The notes beneath the pieces are model-generated. The model was not told where the DNA came from. It did no database searches and saw only the letters and a list, made by a program, of their open reading frames with translations. DNA of 64,000 nt, from positions 144,274,001 through 144,338,000 of the forward strand of contig NC_091984.1 of the NCBI RefSeq assembly GCF_044704955.1, given 5' to 3'. This stretch comes from Pristiophorus japonicus (lineage: Eukaryota). Position 1 is the first letter of the stretch. Each line of letters starts with the position of its first letter. A program made the position numbers and the translations under genes. Positions 25,105 through 38,607 of the stretch are shown one piece after another.

Positions 25105-27050
25105 CTCACCTCTCTACTCCTCCCGCCGAGGACAATAATGGTATGTTCTGCACCTCTCCCTCCCTCCCCCCCCACCCGGGCACAAAAATGGTATGTTTCT
25201 CTCCTCTCCTCGTCCCCCCGGGGACAATAATGGTAGGTTGCTCACTTCACCCTCTCCCGCCCCCGGGAAAATAATTGTATATTCCTCACCGCTCCCTCTC
25301 CTCTCCCCGCTGGGGGATAATAGAGAACATAAGAAATAGGAGCAGGAGTAGGCCATACGGCCCCTTGTGCCTGCTCCGCCATTTAATACGATCATGGCTG
25401 ATCCGATCATGGACTCAGGTCCACTTCCCTGCCCGCCCTCCATAAACCCTTATCAGTTACGAAACTGTCTATTTCTGTCTAAAATTTATTCAATGTCCCA
25501 GCTTCCACAGCTCTCTGAGGCAGTGAATTCCACAGATTTACAACCCTCTGAGAGAAGAAATTTCTCCTCATCTCAGTTTTAAATGGGCGGCCCCTAATTG
25601 TAAGATCATGCCCTCTGGTTCCAGTCTCCACTATCAGTGGAAACATCCTCTCTGCATCCACCTTGTCAAGCCCCCTCATAATCTTATACGTTTCGATAAG
25701 ATCACCTCTCATTCTTCTGAATTCCAATGAGTAGAGGCCCAACCTCCTCAACCTTTCCTCATAAGTCAACCCCCGCTCCCTCTCCCCACACCACCCGGGG
25801 ACAATAATGGTATGTTCCTCACCACTCCGCACCCCCGCCGCCCCAGGACAATAATAGTATGTTTCTCTCCTCTCACTCCCTGGGGACAATTATGGTATGT
25901 TCCTCACTTCTCCCTCTCCTCTCCCCCCGCCCCCCCGCTTACTCGGGGACAATAATGGTATGTTCCTCAACTCAACTCTCCCCTACTGGGTCAATTATGG
26001 TATGTTCCTCACCTCTCCCTCTCTTCTCACCCTCCTCCCCCTGCCCCGGGGACAATAATAGTGTATTCTTCACCTCAACTCTCCCCTACTGGTTCAATAA
26101 TGGTATGATCCTCTCCTCTCCGCTCGCTCGGTCCACCCTTTGGACAATAATGGTATATTCCTCAGCTCGCCCTCCTCTCCCCCACTGGGGATAATAATGG
26201 TATATTCTTCACCTCGCCTCCCCACTGTGGACAATAATGGTATGTTCCTCACTTCATCCTCTCCACCTCCCCCCCCCCCCCACACCCGGGAAAATAATTG
26301 TATATTCCTCCTCGGTCCCTCTCCTCTCCCCGCCAAGGAATAATAGAGAACATAAGAAATAGGAGCAGGAGTAGGCCATACGACCCCTCAAGCCTGCTCC
26401 ACCATTTAATACAATCATGGCTGATCCGATCATGGACTCAGGTCCACTTCCCTGCCCGCTCCCCATAACCCTTATTGGTTAAGAAACTGTCTATTTCTGT
26501 CTAAAATTTATTCAATGTCCCAGCTTCCACAGCTCTCTGAGGCAGTGAATTCCACAGATTTACAACCCTCTGAGAGAAGAAATTCCTCCTCATCTCAGTT
26601 TTAAATGGGCGGCCCCTAATTCTAAGATCATGCCCTCTGGTTCCAGTCTCCCCCATCAGAGGAAACATCCTCTTTGCATCCACCTTGTTAAGCCCCCTCA
26701 TAATCTTATACATTTCTATAAGATCACCTCTCATTCTTCTGAATTTCAATGAGCAGTGGACCAACCTCCTCAACCTTTCCTCATAAGTCAAGCCCCTGTC
26801 CCTCTCCCCCCACCACCCGGGACAATAGTGGTATGTTCGTCACCTCTCCGCACCCCACCCATCTCCCCCACCCCCGGGACAATAATAGTATGTTTCTAAC
26901 CTCTCTCTCTCCCCAACCCCAGGGACGATAATGGTAAGTTCCTCACTGCAACTTCTCCTCTCCCCCCCCCGGGGGACAATAATGGTATTTTCCTCACCAC
27001 TCCCACTCCTTCCCCCCGCTCCCCGGGGACAATGATGGTATGTTCTTGTT
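25105..27050. repeat. Degenerate tandem repeat (core ggggacaataatggtatgttcctcacc plus C-rich linker) with a ~1-kb duplication containing CR1 3' ends at ~25325-25770 and ~26348-26790
   Basis: About 20 copies of the core; the two CR1 tails sit at the same repeat position (...ataatagagaacataagaaataggagcagg). Confidence 0.85.
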
Positions 27051-27379
27051 GGGTTCCCCTGGATCATTCCCAGTTACTGAGGAAGCCTTTGCAGATCCAA
27101 TACGTGGGAATACCGAGTGCAGTGTTGAACGACAGCACCTGGTGACCTGCTCACTGTTTCCATCCATGTACAGCAAAACCTGGACCTTCCGATTCCCCCC
27201 ATGGCCAAGTTCCCCAGCACACTGAGCTCTTCAGCCCGCACTTTATCACATGGCATCGCAGAGCCGTTAATTTCTTGCGTGGGTTTTGTCGACAAACAGT
27301 TGGATAGTGTCTGCTCTCAAATGGATTATGTTCTTGGAGAGGCTCAACAGCACCTCCTTCTGGTTCTCCTTGTTTCCCC

Positions 27380-28085
27380 ACAACAACAACAACTTGTATT
27401 TATATAGCGCCTTTAACGTAGTGAAACATCTCAAGGCGCTTCACAGGAGTATTATGGGATACAAATGTTACACCGAGCTGCATGTGTAGAAATTAGCGCA
27501 GGTGACCAAAAGCTTGGTCAAAGAGGTAGGTTTTAAGGAGTGTCTTGAAGGAGGAAAGAGAGGTGGCGAGGTGGGAGAGGTTTAGAGAGGGAGTTCCAGA
27601 GCTTGGGGCCCAGGCAACGGAAGGCATGGCCACCAATGGTTGAGCGATTATAATCAGGGATGCTCAGGAGGGCGAATTAGAGGAGCGCAGATATCTCGAG
27701 GGTTTGTGGGGCTGGAGGAGATTATAGAGATAAGGAGGGGTGAGGCCATGGAGGAGTGTGAAAATCAGGGTGAGAATTTTGAAATCGAGGCGTTGCTTTA
27801 CCAGCAGCCAATGAAGGTCAGCGAGCACAGGGGTGATGGGTGAGCGGGACATGGTGCGAGTTAGGACTCAGGCAGCCGAGTTTTGGATCACCTCTAGATT
27901 ACATAGGATAGAATGTGGGAGACCAGCCAGGAGTGCGTGGGAATAATTGAGTCTAGAGGTAACAAAGGCATGGATGAGGGTTTCAGCAGCAGATGAGCTG
28001 AGGCAAATGCGGAGACGGGCGATGTTATGGAGATGGAAATAGACGGTCTTAGTTATGCTGCGGATGTGTGGTCGAAAGCTCAGAC
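27380..28085 (-). mobile_element. L2-clade LINE 3' fragment
   Basis: AAETLIHAFVTSRLNYSHALLAGLP, ITPVLADLHWL, (ttg)n tail. Confidence 0.88.
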
Positions 28086-29159
28086 TAATCAACGTGCCCG
28101 TCACTTTATGAGACCAGTAATGGGCTCCAATTGTAATGTTGCCCAGGCCCGTGACACACAGAAACTGGACAAGTGTAGAGCAAGCACCCCAACAATCTGC
28201 TCACCAGCGTGTCTGTGAGCTGCAGCTGTGAAACCCGTGGAGATTTGAACAGCTCTCCGAAGGAGGAAGCCACGGTGATTGGCTGACAGTCTGGGACGGT
28301 AAGGATCGGAGCTGCCTGCCCTTCCACAATGCCCGGCAGGCTGAGGCCAGTGTATTTCACCATTGCTCTGGCCGGCAGGACAGCCTCCTTGTCGGACTTG
28401 CCCAGGTCCATCATCTGGTCCCATCCCTCACTTTTCACCGTGTCCTTACCGACTGTTTTATTATTGGTCGGAGCCAGTGGGTCCTTTAGTGCCCCACACA
28501 GTCCATGCCCATCTCTGCTTCTCCATGTTTCACACCCAGCTGAGAAATCTCTCTGGTTGGATTTGCCGTGGGGAGCAGTAACATTGAGCAGAGAAACATT
28601 AACACAGGGGTTGAGATGAATGAGCAGAGCGCAGAATAACAGCGGGAATAATGTAGTCACCGCCTCTGCCAACTCGGGCTTAGTTTTCAGATGGCAGCCA
28701 AGGATCGAAGGGTTAAATAGATTGAAGCTCTCTCCTCGTTGCTCTCTCAGGCACAAATACACAGTCTGTAGCACTTTGCTGTGATTGGTCCACCCCTGCG
28801 GTTTCTGTGTTGCCATGGTTTCCATTGTGAGGCCAGGGGACATGTGCCCTCAGTGGTGATGTGTCCCGCGGGGGTCATGTGCCCATATAAGTCCTGCCCG
28901 CTGTGTGTGTCAGTTTAAGGTGGGTGTTAGGGGTGAAGGCCCAGACCTGAGATACAGACCATATGGACAAGGCAACGTTCACAACCCTGGGCAGCCATGT
29001 TGGATTGAGCAGCTGGTTGTTCCTAATAGACAACCCTCCGCACCACAGACTCTCAAAGTCCTTGTGGCAAAAGGTGTAGAAATGGGAATGTCCCACAGAC
29101 ATTTCCAGCAGCATTGCCCCAATTTGGGATTTTCATGAGTCGCGGATTGAAACTGTTTA

Positions 29160-32100
29160 ATGATGTCATGAGGAAGTGGTTGTGACATCAGGAGATGGGG
29201 CTGTGTGTCCATTATTATATATTATATATAACTGTGGGGTGAGTCAGTATAGGAGGTGGCACTTGTGTCCATTATTATATATTATTGTAATATTGTGTAA
29301 TATATAGAGTAATATATCAGTATAATATATCATGGTCTACAGGGTTGTAATAATACCCGCCCTCCCGTATGGCTCAGAGGCATGGACCATGTACTCGTCC
29401 AGGCTAACATACCTAGTATTGAAGCACTGACCTCACTCGATCAGCTCTGCTGGGCAGGCCACATAGCTCGCATGCTCGCCACGAGACTCCTAAAGGATGT
29501 GCTCTACTCGTTGCTTCTCCACGGCAAACGAGCCAAAGGTGGGCAATGGAAACGTTACAAGGACACGCTCAAAGCCTCCCTGATAAAGTGCAACATCCCC
29601 ACTGACACCTGGCAGTCCCTGGCCAAAGTCCACCCTAAGTGGAGGAAGTGCATCTGGGAGAGCACTGAGCACCTCGAGTCTCAACGCCGAGAGCATGCAG
29701 AAACCGAGCACAGGCAATGGAAATAGCGTGTGGCAAACCAACCCCACCCACCCCTTCCCTCAACGACTATCTGTTCCACCTGTGACAGGGAATGTGGCTC
29801 TCGTATTGGACTGTTTAGCCACCTAATGACTCATTTTAAGAGTTGAAGCAAGTCTTCCGCGATTCCGAGGGACTGTCTATGAGGAATATATATAGCTCCA
29901 TCCGGTGGTCTCCTGTGGCACTGCAGCCAGTGCTGTGTAAAAATAAAGAGGGAACTGGTCACCTAACTAGAATTCCAGAGTGTTTGCCATTTTAAGGTTG
30001 TGTGTGTGTTTGAGTTGTACTGGAGATATAATAATGGTGATGAGAATGGCATAATCAGAAAAAAAGCTGCAATTTTTGTTGATGGATGATTCAGCCAACC
30101 GACAGAGATACTTTGAGAGCTTCTCTGTTTTGATTAACAGCTGCAAATCTGAGGTATATTACAAGCACACTTGTTTGAACTGCCAGAGTCCAGATGGCCA
30201 CGCCTATGGGAATAATAGGGTATTTGGGGGAGTTTCAATGTGACCGTGAAAGTTTCGGAGCATATGTGGAGCGGCTAGAAATGTTTTTCACTGCAAATAA
30301 TTTCATCGATGTCCCCAATGATGAAAACCATAACCGGATGGTGTTGGAAAAATAACGGGCGATTGTCTCAACTAAAGCAGGGCCCAAGGTGTACGAAACC
30401 TTAAAAAAATGTCCAGTGACTGTCAAGCCAAAGAACACAACTCGTAAGCAGATTCAGCACTACAGTCTGCTTAAGGAAATTGCTGAAAGTTATGGTTTCG
30501 GATTACGGGATCAGTTAACCGAAGAAAATATCAGTGAGTACAATGTAGCATTAAAAGGGCTATCTATTCACTGTAATGTTGGAAACTTTCAGGACCAAGC
30601 ATTGCATGACCGCTTTGTTTGTGAGATGAACAATGATGTGTTCAGAAGAAAGTTATTGACAACGCCTAACTTGACTTTTGATTTAGCTTGTCAGACAGCT
30701 ACGTCAATGAATATGGCTGACCAATATTCCCGAGAATTTCATATTATTTCCAGTTGTCGGATAACCGAGGTGAATCGCCTGCAGGTTAAAAGTAAAAGGC
30801 AGTTGGGCCCCAAGGTCTCAGAAACTGCCAATGGTAACAGAGCATTGAAGTCATGCGATCGGTGCCTGGGACAACACATTGCTCAAAGTTGTCCATATGT
30901 GAAGGCAGAGTGTTTCATCTGCAGGAAAACTGGGCATCTTGCGAAGGCATGCCGACTGAAGGGTAAACTAGCTTTCAAAGCTAAAAGTAGAAATCCCCAA
31001 AGACTACATAGGATGCAAGATAAACAACAGGATGAGGAGGATTTAGAGCTACACGTTATCAGGAGCACGAGGTTAACTAACAGCAATTCGAAAAGTATCA
31101 TAATCCACATAGATGTTGCAGGAACCAAGATACCCATGGAAATCGATACTGGTGCATCCGTGAGTGTAGTACCGGAGTCGCTATACCTCGACAAATTGAG
31201 TGATTTCCCATTGGAGAAATCCAAGATAGAGCTGCGAGGCTATTTGGGAGAGAACATTCCTGTGGTAGGTCTTATCACTGTCCCGATGACATACAAGGAT
31301 CAATTCAGAGCTTGCAACTATTAGTAGTGGCAGGAGACAAGCCTGCCTTACTAGGAAGAAATTGGTTGGGGTCACTGACGCTGGATTGAAGAGAGATTTG
31401 TCGTGTTGAAATGAGATTTTCATCAAAGGATGATGTTATCAAGAATTATCCGAAGGTGTTCTGTGAAACAGGCAATCCGATCCAAGGCTTCAAGGCGAGT
31501 GTCAGGGTACAGACGGACGCTAGATCGGTTTACTGCAAGCCATGTCCCGTACCATATGCACTCAAGGAGAATGTTGAGCAAGAACTCAAAAGACTAGAGT
31601 CTGAGAACATTATTTGTAAGATTGATCGATGTAATTGGTCTACACCATTGTTGTTGTACCTAAGTCCGATGGCAAGGTAAGATTGTGTGGTGATTATAAA
31701 GTAACCGTACACTAGGTTCTATAGGTTCTAGAGGGTAATATCCCCAATAGTTTGCCAAATGTAGAAGATTTGTTCACAACACTGCAGGTGGTCAGATCTT
31801 CTCAAAGTTGGATCTTACAAATGCCTACTTACAACTTGAACTAGGTGAGGAGTCCAAGTCATGCTTGACAATAAACACTAGGCCTATATCAATTTAATAG
31901 GCTACCATTTTGAGTGTCATATTCCAAGGGGTGATGAACCAGATTTTGCAAAGTATTGAAGGGGTAGCATGTTATTTAGATGACTTACTAATTTTAGGAT
32001 CTAATAGGAACATTCATAATAACATATTGAATGAAGTCATCAAACGGATTTCAAAACTCCGTGGAGTACTTAGGGTACAGAGTAGACCAAGATGGTTTAC

Positions 32101-32828
32101 ATCCAATTAAAGGAAAGCTGGATGCAATCAAGAATGCACCCACTCCCAAGAATGTCACTGAACTTCGATCATTTTTGGGTCTTTTGAACTATCATGGGAA
32201 GTTCCTACCAAATTTGGCTACAGTGTTACATCCACTGAATGAACTATTGAAAAACCAGGTTATTGGAAGTGGTCAGAATAATGCGATACAGCATTCAAGG
32301 AGTGTAAAAGCAACTTGGTAGAGAGCATCATGTTAGTTCATTATAACGTATCTAAGAAGATCAAGCTAGCATGTGATGCTTCTCTGTATGAAGTTGGGGC
32401 AGTGATCGCTCATGTACTACATAGTGGGGAGGAGAGACCAATTGCTTTTGCTTCATGCACTCTCAATGCCAGTGAGTGTAATTATGCGCAAATTGAAAGG
32501 GAAGTTTTGGCATTAATGTTTGGGGTCAAGAAGTTCCACAAATACTTGTATGGTCGTAAGTTGACCATCATTATGGACCATAAACCCCTGACAGCAATCC
32601 TCCATCCAAAGTCCCCAGTTCCAACATTAGCTGCATCCTGAATGCAGAGATGGGCTTTGATTTTGTCAGCATATACATATGATACTGAATTCTGATGATC
32701 AGCTGATCACAGTAACGCTGATGCTATGTCTAGATTGCCTTCCCCATCACAAGTTACACCCGATAGGGAAGAAGTGTTCTATTTTTCATACATTGATGAA
32801 CTGCCAGTCACAGCTGAAGAGATTGGTC
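29160..32828 (+). mobile_element. Ty3/Gypsy LTR retrotransposon: 5' LTR, PBS and gag-pro-RT-RNaseH remnant, truncated before integrase
   Basis: AATAAA ~29942; decayed PBS TGGTGATGAGAATGGCAT (30035-30052, ~tRNA-Ser GCT); gag from ~30194 (MATPMGIIG...YVERLEMFF), CCHC knuckle CFICRKTGHLAKAC, protease DTGA, RT YLDD, RNaseH LACDAS...NYAQIERE. LTR 5' edge approximate. Confidence 0.88.
29331..29885 (+). mobile_element. RTE-clade LINE 3' fragment inserted in the Gypsy LTR
   Basis: LCWAGHIARM...GKRAKGGQWKRYKDTLKASL (29382-29726); aatatat on both flanks. Confidence 0.85.
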
Positions 32829-35800
32829 TAGACTTTCCACTTTGTTCACTCGGGCCTTAGTGGTGTTTCAGCCTTAGTGGTGTTTCAGCCTTTGTGATCG
32901 CTGGACCATCGGCCATTTTTCGGCTCGGTGATAGCCCAGTGATGTGAAATGGGCGAAGCGAGAGCCCAGGGATGTGACATCACCCAGCGATGGTGAAGGC
33001 AAAAGCTTCCCTAGCAACGGGCTTCTGCGCATGCGTGCTTTTTTTTTGGTGGACATGTTTTCCCGCTTCTCGAGAGGTCGGGGGTCATCCACACATACGC
33101 AGAAGGGGAAGAGATATTGAGAGAGGATAGAGAGAGTGAGATAGAGAGAGGAGAAAGCCAGAGACAGAGAGAAGAGAGAAAAGAGAGAGAGAGATAGAGA
33201 GAGAAGTAATGAATATGTCTGACAGTGATGAAAGTGTTAGAGATGTGGAGAGGGGGAGGAAGAGGTCCGAACCCTTTTCGGATGAGGCCAACGAGGTGCT
33301 CGTCGCAGAGGTCCAGTCCCGGTGGACCCAAGTGACCAGGGGAGGGGGAGGGGGGTGCAGAGCGTGGTGGGAAACCAACACCACGGGCGTACCATCAGAT
33401 ATGGAGTGAGACCGCCACTGTCATCCCGTCTGCATCCCACGAAGCCAGGGGATCTGATCAGTGCCGCAAGTGCTGGAACAGCCTTGTGCTTCAGCAAGTG
33501 TAATTATGAGTTTATATTGCAATGATGCAAATTCTAAGTATAATTATAATTATAATTTTCAATCTCCTGGATTGAATGTAAGCTTGTTATTCTAACATAT
33601 ATAAGATATATCATGCCCGCTAAAAACTGGACGTGGCTATGAAGCTGTGCCCATTTTAAGTCTCTCTGGCTACTGTCACTTACACAGGGACCTAGCATGG
33701 ACTGGGGGAGAGCTGCCTTTGCTAACTGTCTGGCCTCGGACAATTTTGGAGATTAGCTACTGTCATTGTCGAGTTGAATGTAGATTGTATTCGAGAGTGA
33801 TGTCGGCCTCAAGCATTCGCTCCTAAACACACCGATCTTTGTTATAACCGTGCATCAATTGTGGACACACACCCTATTAGCATATAACGTTGGGAACTGT
33901 TGTCTATAAATGATATAACCTAGTCAAGTAACTTATGCCATGCTCTTTTCACATTTGACAAGGAAGATATCTCATAATCGGGTGCTGCAGAGGTGCACCG
34001 GACGAGGTCCTGCTGTAATACAGACACTGACCGGCCTTGAGGAACGTACTGCAGCACTAGTGGGGGCCCACAGTCACACAGTCACCACCCGTAATGTTGC
34101 CGGACCCTCCCATGTGTCATGTGAGCAATGTTTCAAGCAGTGCTTTAGTAATGTTACATCATCTCATTATAATAGAATAGACAAATGATGTCATGTTATG
34201 CATGCGGCCTCTGTGCTACTCTGAGGTCAAGAACATAAGAACATAAGAGCAGGCCATCTGGCCATCGGTCTCCTTCTCTGTCCACACCCCATAAACCCTC
34301 ACTCCCTTGTCATTCTGTCTATCTGTGACTGATCCAACCTCCACAGCTCTCTGGCGCAGTGAGTTCCACATAGATGTACCACCATATGTACTACCATATG
34401 ATGCATTAATATGTAACGTCTCTCGCTCACATTTATTGCAGTAGTGCTGTTCCTCCAATGTATGCCAGCGCGGTGCAGCAATCCCTTCTGTTCCAATAAA
34501 CTCAATTATGTGTTGCAGGTCTCCCAGCTCCAGAGGGCCAGTGGAGGACACATCCTCACATGCACCTACCCCACTGCATGTGTCACTCACCTTCCCCACA
34601 GCACGTCACTCACCTATCCCACAGCACATCACTCACCTACCCCACAGCACGTCACTCACCTACCCCACTGCATGTGTCACTCACCTACCCCACTGCATGT
34701 GTCACTCACCTGCCCCACTGCATGTGTCACTCACCTACCCCACTGCATGTGTCACTCACCTACCCCACTCCATGTGTCACTCACCTACCCCACTGCATGT
34801 GTCACTCACCTACCCCACTGCATGTGTCACTCACCTACCCCACTGCATGTGTCACTCACCTGCCCCACAGCATGTGTCACTCACCTACACCACAGCATGT
34901 GTCACTCACCTACCCCACTGCATGTGTCACTCACCTACCCCACTGCATGTGTCACTCACCTACCCCACTGCATGTGTCACTCACCTACCCCACAGCACGT
35001 CACTCACCTGCCCCACTGCATGTGTCACTCACCTACCCCACTGCATGTGTCACTCACCTGCCCCACTGCATGTGTCACTCACCTGCCCCACAGCACGTCA
35101 CTCACCTACCCCACTGCATGTGTCACTCACCTGCCCCACAGCACGTCACTCACCTACCCCACAGCATGTCACTCACCTACCCCACTGCATGTGTCACTCA
35201 CCTTACCCACTGCATGTGTCACTCACCTATGCCACTGTACATCACTCACCTATCCCACTGCCCATTACTCACCTATCCCACTGCACATTACTCACCTACC
35301 CCTCTGTACATCATTCACCTACCCCACTGCACATCACTCACCTACCCCACTGCCTATGTCACTCACCACGGGTGGTGAAGAGGAGGAGACCACCAAGCCC
35401 AAGGAGGAGGAATACTTGGAGGATGCCCCTTGCATCCCTCTGTCTGGTGAACCTGCGGCCATGACGATGATTCCCACCGAAGAGGTAGCAGCAACAAGCG
35501 GCAACGAGTTGGCGACACCAAGCCGCACATTGGTGCTGTCAGGGGCTTAAGCAAAGGCTTACCCTGGACGATTGCATCGACAGCCTGGCAACGAATGTGT
35601 GAGGAGTCTGTCATGATCCAGCGTGAGCAGTTCCAGGTGTTTGTGGGGTTCACGGATGAATTCTCCCGGGTGTCTGCTCACCAAGCGGAAGCGATGCAGC
35701 AGCTGATCCACGAGATGCATGAAATCTCCGCCTCCTCCCATGCATTGCGGCATGCGTTCTTGGCGGCACACGGCACTGCACCCCGAGCTCCCGTGACCAC

Positions 35801-36741
35801 AAGCACCGGCACACAGGCGGGTCCGGAGGATGCACCTCCTCCTGACTCGGAAGTCCATCCCCCTGTTTTGTCCTCCCCTCCAACAGCCCCCCTACAGGTG
35901 ATCGTGACACCACATCCCTCACCGTGGCAAGAAGTCTTGCCGTAGCCCACTGCACACTGGCTTCATAGCAATATCCGGGGACCAAAACATGTGGGTGAGG
36001 TAAGGAGACGCTTGGTGCAGGATCTGGAGGGAAACGTGGCCACAGGTAGAGAGGGGGTGCAATGTGTTTTATATTGTACATATTGTTCACATTGTTCATT
36101 GTTGGTGTTTTCATTGTTGTTTCACTGTTGGGGTGTGGGTGGGAGAGGGGGGTGCTTTTGTGTTTGTAATTTAAAAATAACGTTCAAGAGTTATTATTTT
36201 ATTAAAACAATTTTATTTCACTTTACAATTGTTGTGCATTGTCTTCTAATAACGTAAATTTTTGTAAAACATGAATGCAACTGTTGTGAAACAATGGCCA
36301 GGCCGGACCCAGTAAGGATGAAATGTCACTTTGAATATAAATACAATAACATGTCTAATTGTGAGTGGATCTATCTTTAAAAGGCCCTTAAATAATTCAC
36401 AAACTATCTAAGCCCCTGTTTAAACAGCCTCCTCGCTTCCTGCAACGTTCAAAATGGTGTCTGTTGTGCCAAGCTCTGTGAGGAAGGCCAGGCAATAACA
36501 ACTATTCTCCTGCAATGTTCTCGGTGAGCGATCAGCCCGGCGATGTGCCGACGATGTGCTGGAAGTTGGGCTGGGCGATGTGCGGGCGATCACCTCGGTG
36601 ATGTGAGCCAAAAGTTGGGGGGATAATTCTCCGGGATGTGACAGCCCAACTTTCCACTTTTGAGTCAAAATGGGCAATAGCAGGCCTTTTTGGGCAATAT
36701 ATGGGCACTAGCCCAGCAATGTAAAGTGGAAAGTCTAGCCC
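32825..36741 (+). mobile_element. Second PIF/Harbinger-like element, non-autonomous (Myb/SANT gene only)
   Basis: 19-bp TIR GGTCTAGACTTTCCACTTT / AAAGTGGAAAGTCTAGCCC; Myb remnants RKRSEPFSDEANEVLVAEV...QIWSETA...DQCRKCWNSL (33209-33500) and RKISHNRVLQRCTGRG...LTGLEERTAALVG (~33960-34120). No DDE motifs seen; flanks ATT/TAT do not form a clean TSD. Confidence 0.8.
34563..35367. repeat. 25-bp minisatellite (gtcactcacctaccccactgcatgt, with a 23-bp variant), ~32 units
   Basis: Directly visible tandem array. Confidence 0.95.
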
Positions 36742-36857
36742 TATGTTTCTATGTTTCTAACCATGATCTTATTGAATGGCAGAGCAGGCTCGAGGGGACA
36801 AATAGCTTTCTCAACCTAGTAATTCAACCTAGTAATTCTTATGTACTTATGTTCTCG

Positions 36858-37003
36858 TGCCGCCCACAGTGTGTGTGATGTCAGAGCCCCGCCCACAGTG
36901 CGTGTGATTTGAGAGCCCCACCCACCGTGCGTGTGATTTGAGAGTCCCGCCCACTACTCATGTAATGTCAGAGCCCCGCCCACTGCACGTGTGATGTCAG
37001 AGC
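36858..37003. repeat. ~30-bp tandem repeat, 5 units (gccccgcccacagtgcgtgtgatgtcaga)
   Basis: Directly visible. Confidence 0.85.
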
Positions 37004-37009
37004 AAACAC

Positions 37010-37705
37010 ATCATCTTGAAGGAACAGACAGGTAGATTGGTGGAGAGGTTTTGGCAGGTTGTTCCAGAGCTTGGGGCCCAGGCAACAGGAGACAGGGCCA
37101 GCAATGTTTGAGTGATTTTAATCAGGGATGCTCAAGAGGGCAGAATTAGAGGAGCGCAGCATCTTCGGGGGTTGTGGGGCTGGAGGAGATACAGAGATAG
37201 GGAGGGGTGAGACCATGGAGGGATTTGAAAACAAGGAAGAGAATTTTGAAATCGCTTAACCGGGAGCCAATGTCGGTCAGCGAGCACAAGAGGTGATGGG
37301 TGAGTGGGCTCGGTGCAAGTTAGGACACGGGTTGCCTAGTTTTGGATCACCTCTAGTTTACGCTGGGTAGAATGTGGGAGGCCAGCCAGGAGTGCGTTGG
37401 AATAGTCGAGTCTAGAGGTAACAAAGGCATGGATGAGGGTTTCAGCAGAGGATGAGCTGAGGCAGGGGTGGAGACGGACGATGTTACGGAGGTGGAAATA
37501 GACGGTTTTAGTTATGTTGCGGATGTGTGGCCGGAAGCTGATTTCAGGGACAAATATGACACCAAGCTTGTGAATAGTGTGGTTCAACCTCAGACAGAAG
37601 TTGGGGAGAGGGATGGACTCATGGCTAGGGAACGGAGTTTGTGGCTGGACTGAAAACAATGGCTTCAGTATTCCCAATATTGAATTGGAGAAAATTTCTG
37701 CTCAT
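37010..37705 (-). mobile_element. L2-clade LINE fragment
   Basis: SSAETLIHAFVTSRLDYSNALLAGLP in ORF 37336-37677. Confidence 0.88.
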
Positions 37706-38607
37706 CCGGAACAACACGGTGAAGGTGCAGCTGGGAGGAGGCTAAAGTCAACAATTTTTTGGGCTGAAGTGAATTTTTGTTCTAATTCGGAGAATTATTT
37801 AAAGCCAAAAAAATACGGGGAAGTGATTTTGGATGTGGCCGGTTCATTTAAAGTTAAATTTTGTAAGGTATTGTCCCCTGTTTGAAAGCGTTACTCAGGG
37901 TTTTTTAAATCATGTTACAACAGACGAGAAAAGAGTTGTGGTCACATTTGTATCTCAGAGTTTGTGAGAGACGAAGGGAACGGCAGCAGAAAAAGAGGAA
38001 AAAACATCTCCAAAACTGATCCCAACTCATCGCCGAGGCTGGGGGTAGATAAGCTCACTGCCTTCCGAGCAAGTTTCACCACTTTATTCACTTTCTTATT
38101 TGAGCTCTGATTGGATCCGTTTACTTGATTATTTTTTGGTGCATGTGTAACGACAGTATTGAGGCAGCGCAGATAAACATGGAGCATTTTCTTCTCCCAA
38201 AGCGACATGGGGACTGGAAAACAATGTAAGATTTTTCATGAACGTTTCACAAAAAGTGAGTGTTGGAAACACTTTTCCACCTAAGTTTCGAAGATAATTT
38301 CGGAAGAAACAAACAAAAATCAATTATCCCCTCATCAAAACAATTCTCAACCTGATCTTAAAATCCAAACGCTTTTAAAGTGTCTCCGAATTGCTTAAAC
38401 CATGTAAAATTGAAGTTTCTCAGTATTAGATTTGGAACGTGCAGGTTTATACAAACATGCATCCCGTACTGTTAAGGAGGGGAGGGCAGTGAAGGATTTG
38501 TAGGAGTTACACCTCACTTTTTATTGACTGATTATAAATTATCAAGAAGCCATTTAGGAAGAGAACCAAAAAAAGGTCAACACACAAACCATTTAAATTT
38601 ATATAAT

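Noticed and set aside
25105-27050. CRISPR-like repeat-spacer appearance
   Set aside because: Vertebrate DNA, degenerate repeats, low-complexity related linkers, no cas genes.
34444-35550. His/Cys-rich 272-368 aa ORFs resembling metal-binding proteins
   Set aside because: All three frames are open only because the 25-bp repeat lacks stops.
36858-37003. CACAGTG heptamers in a 30-bp tandem repeat
   Set aside because: No nonamer at 12 or 23 bp spacing.
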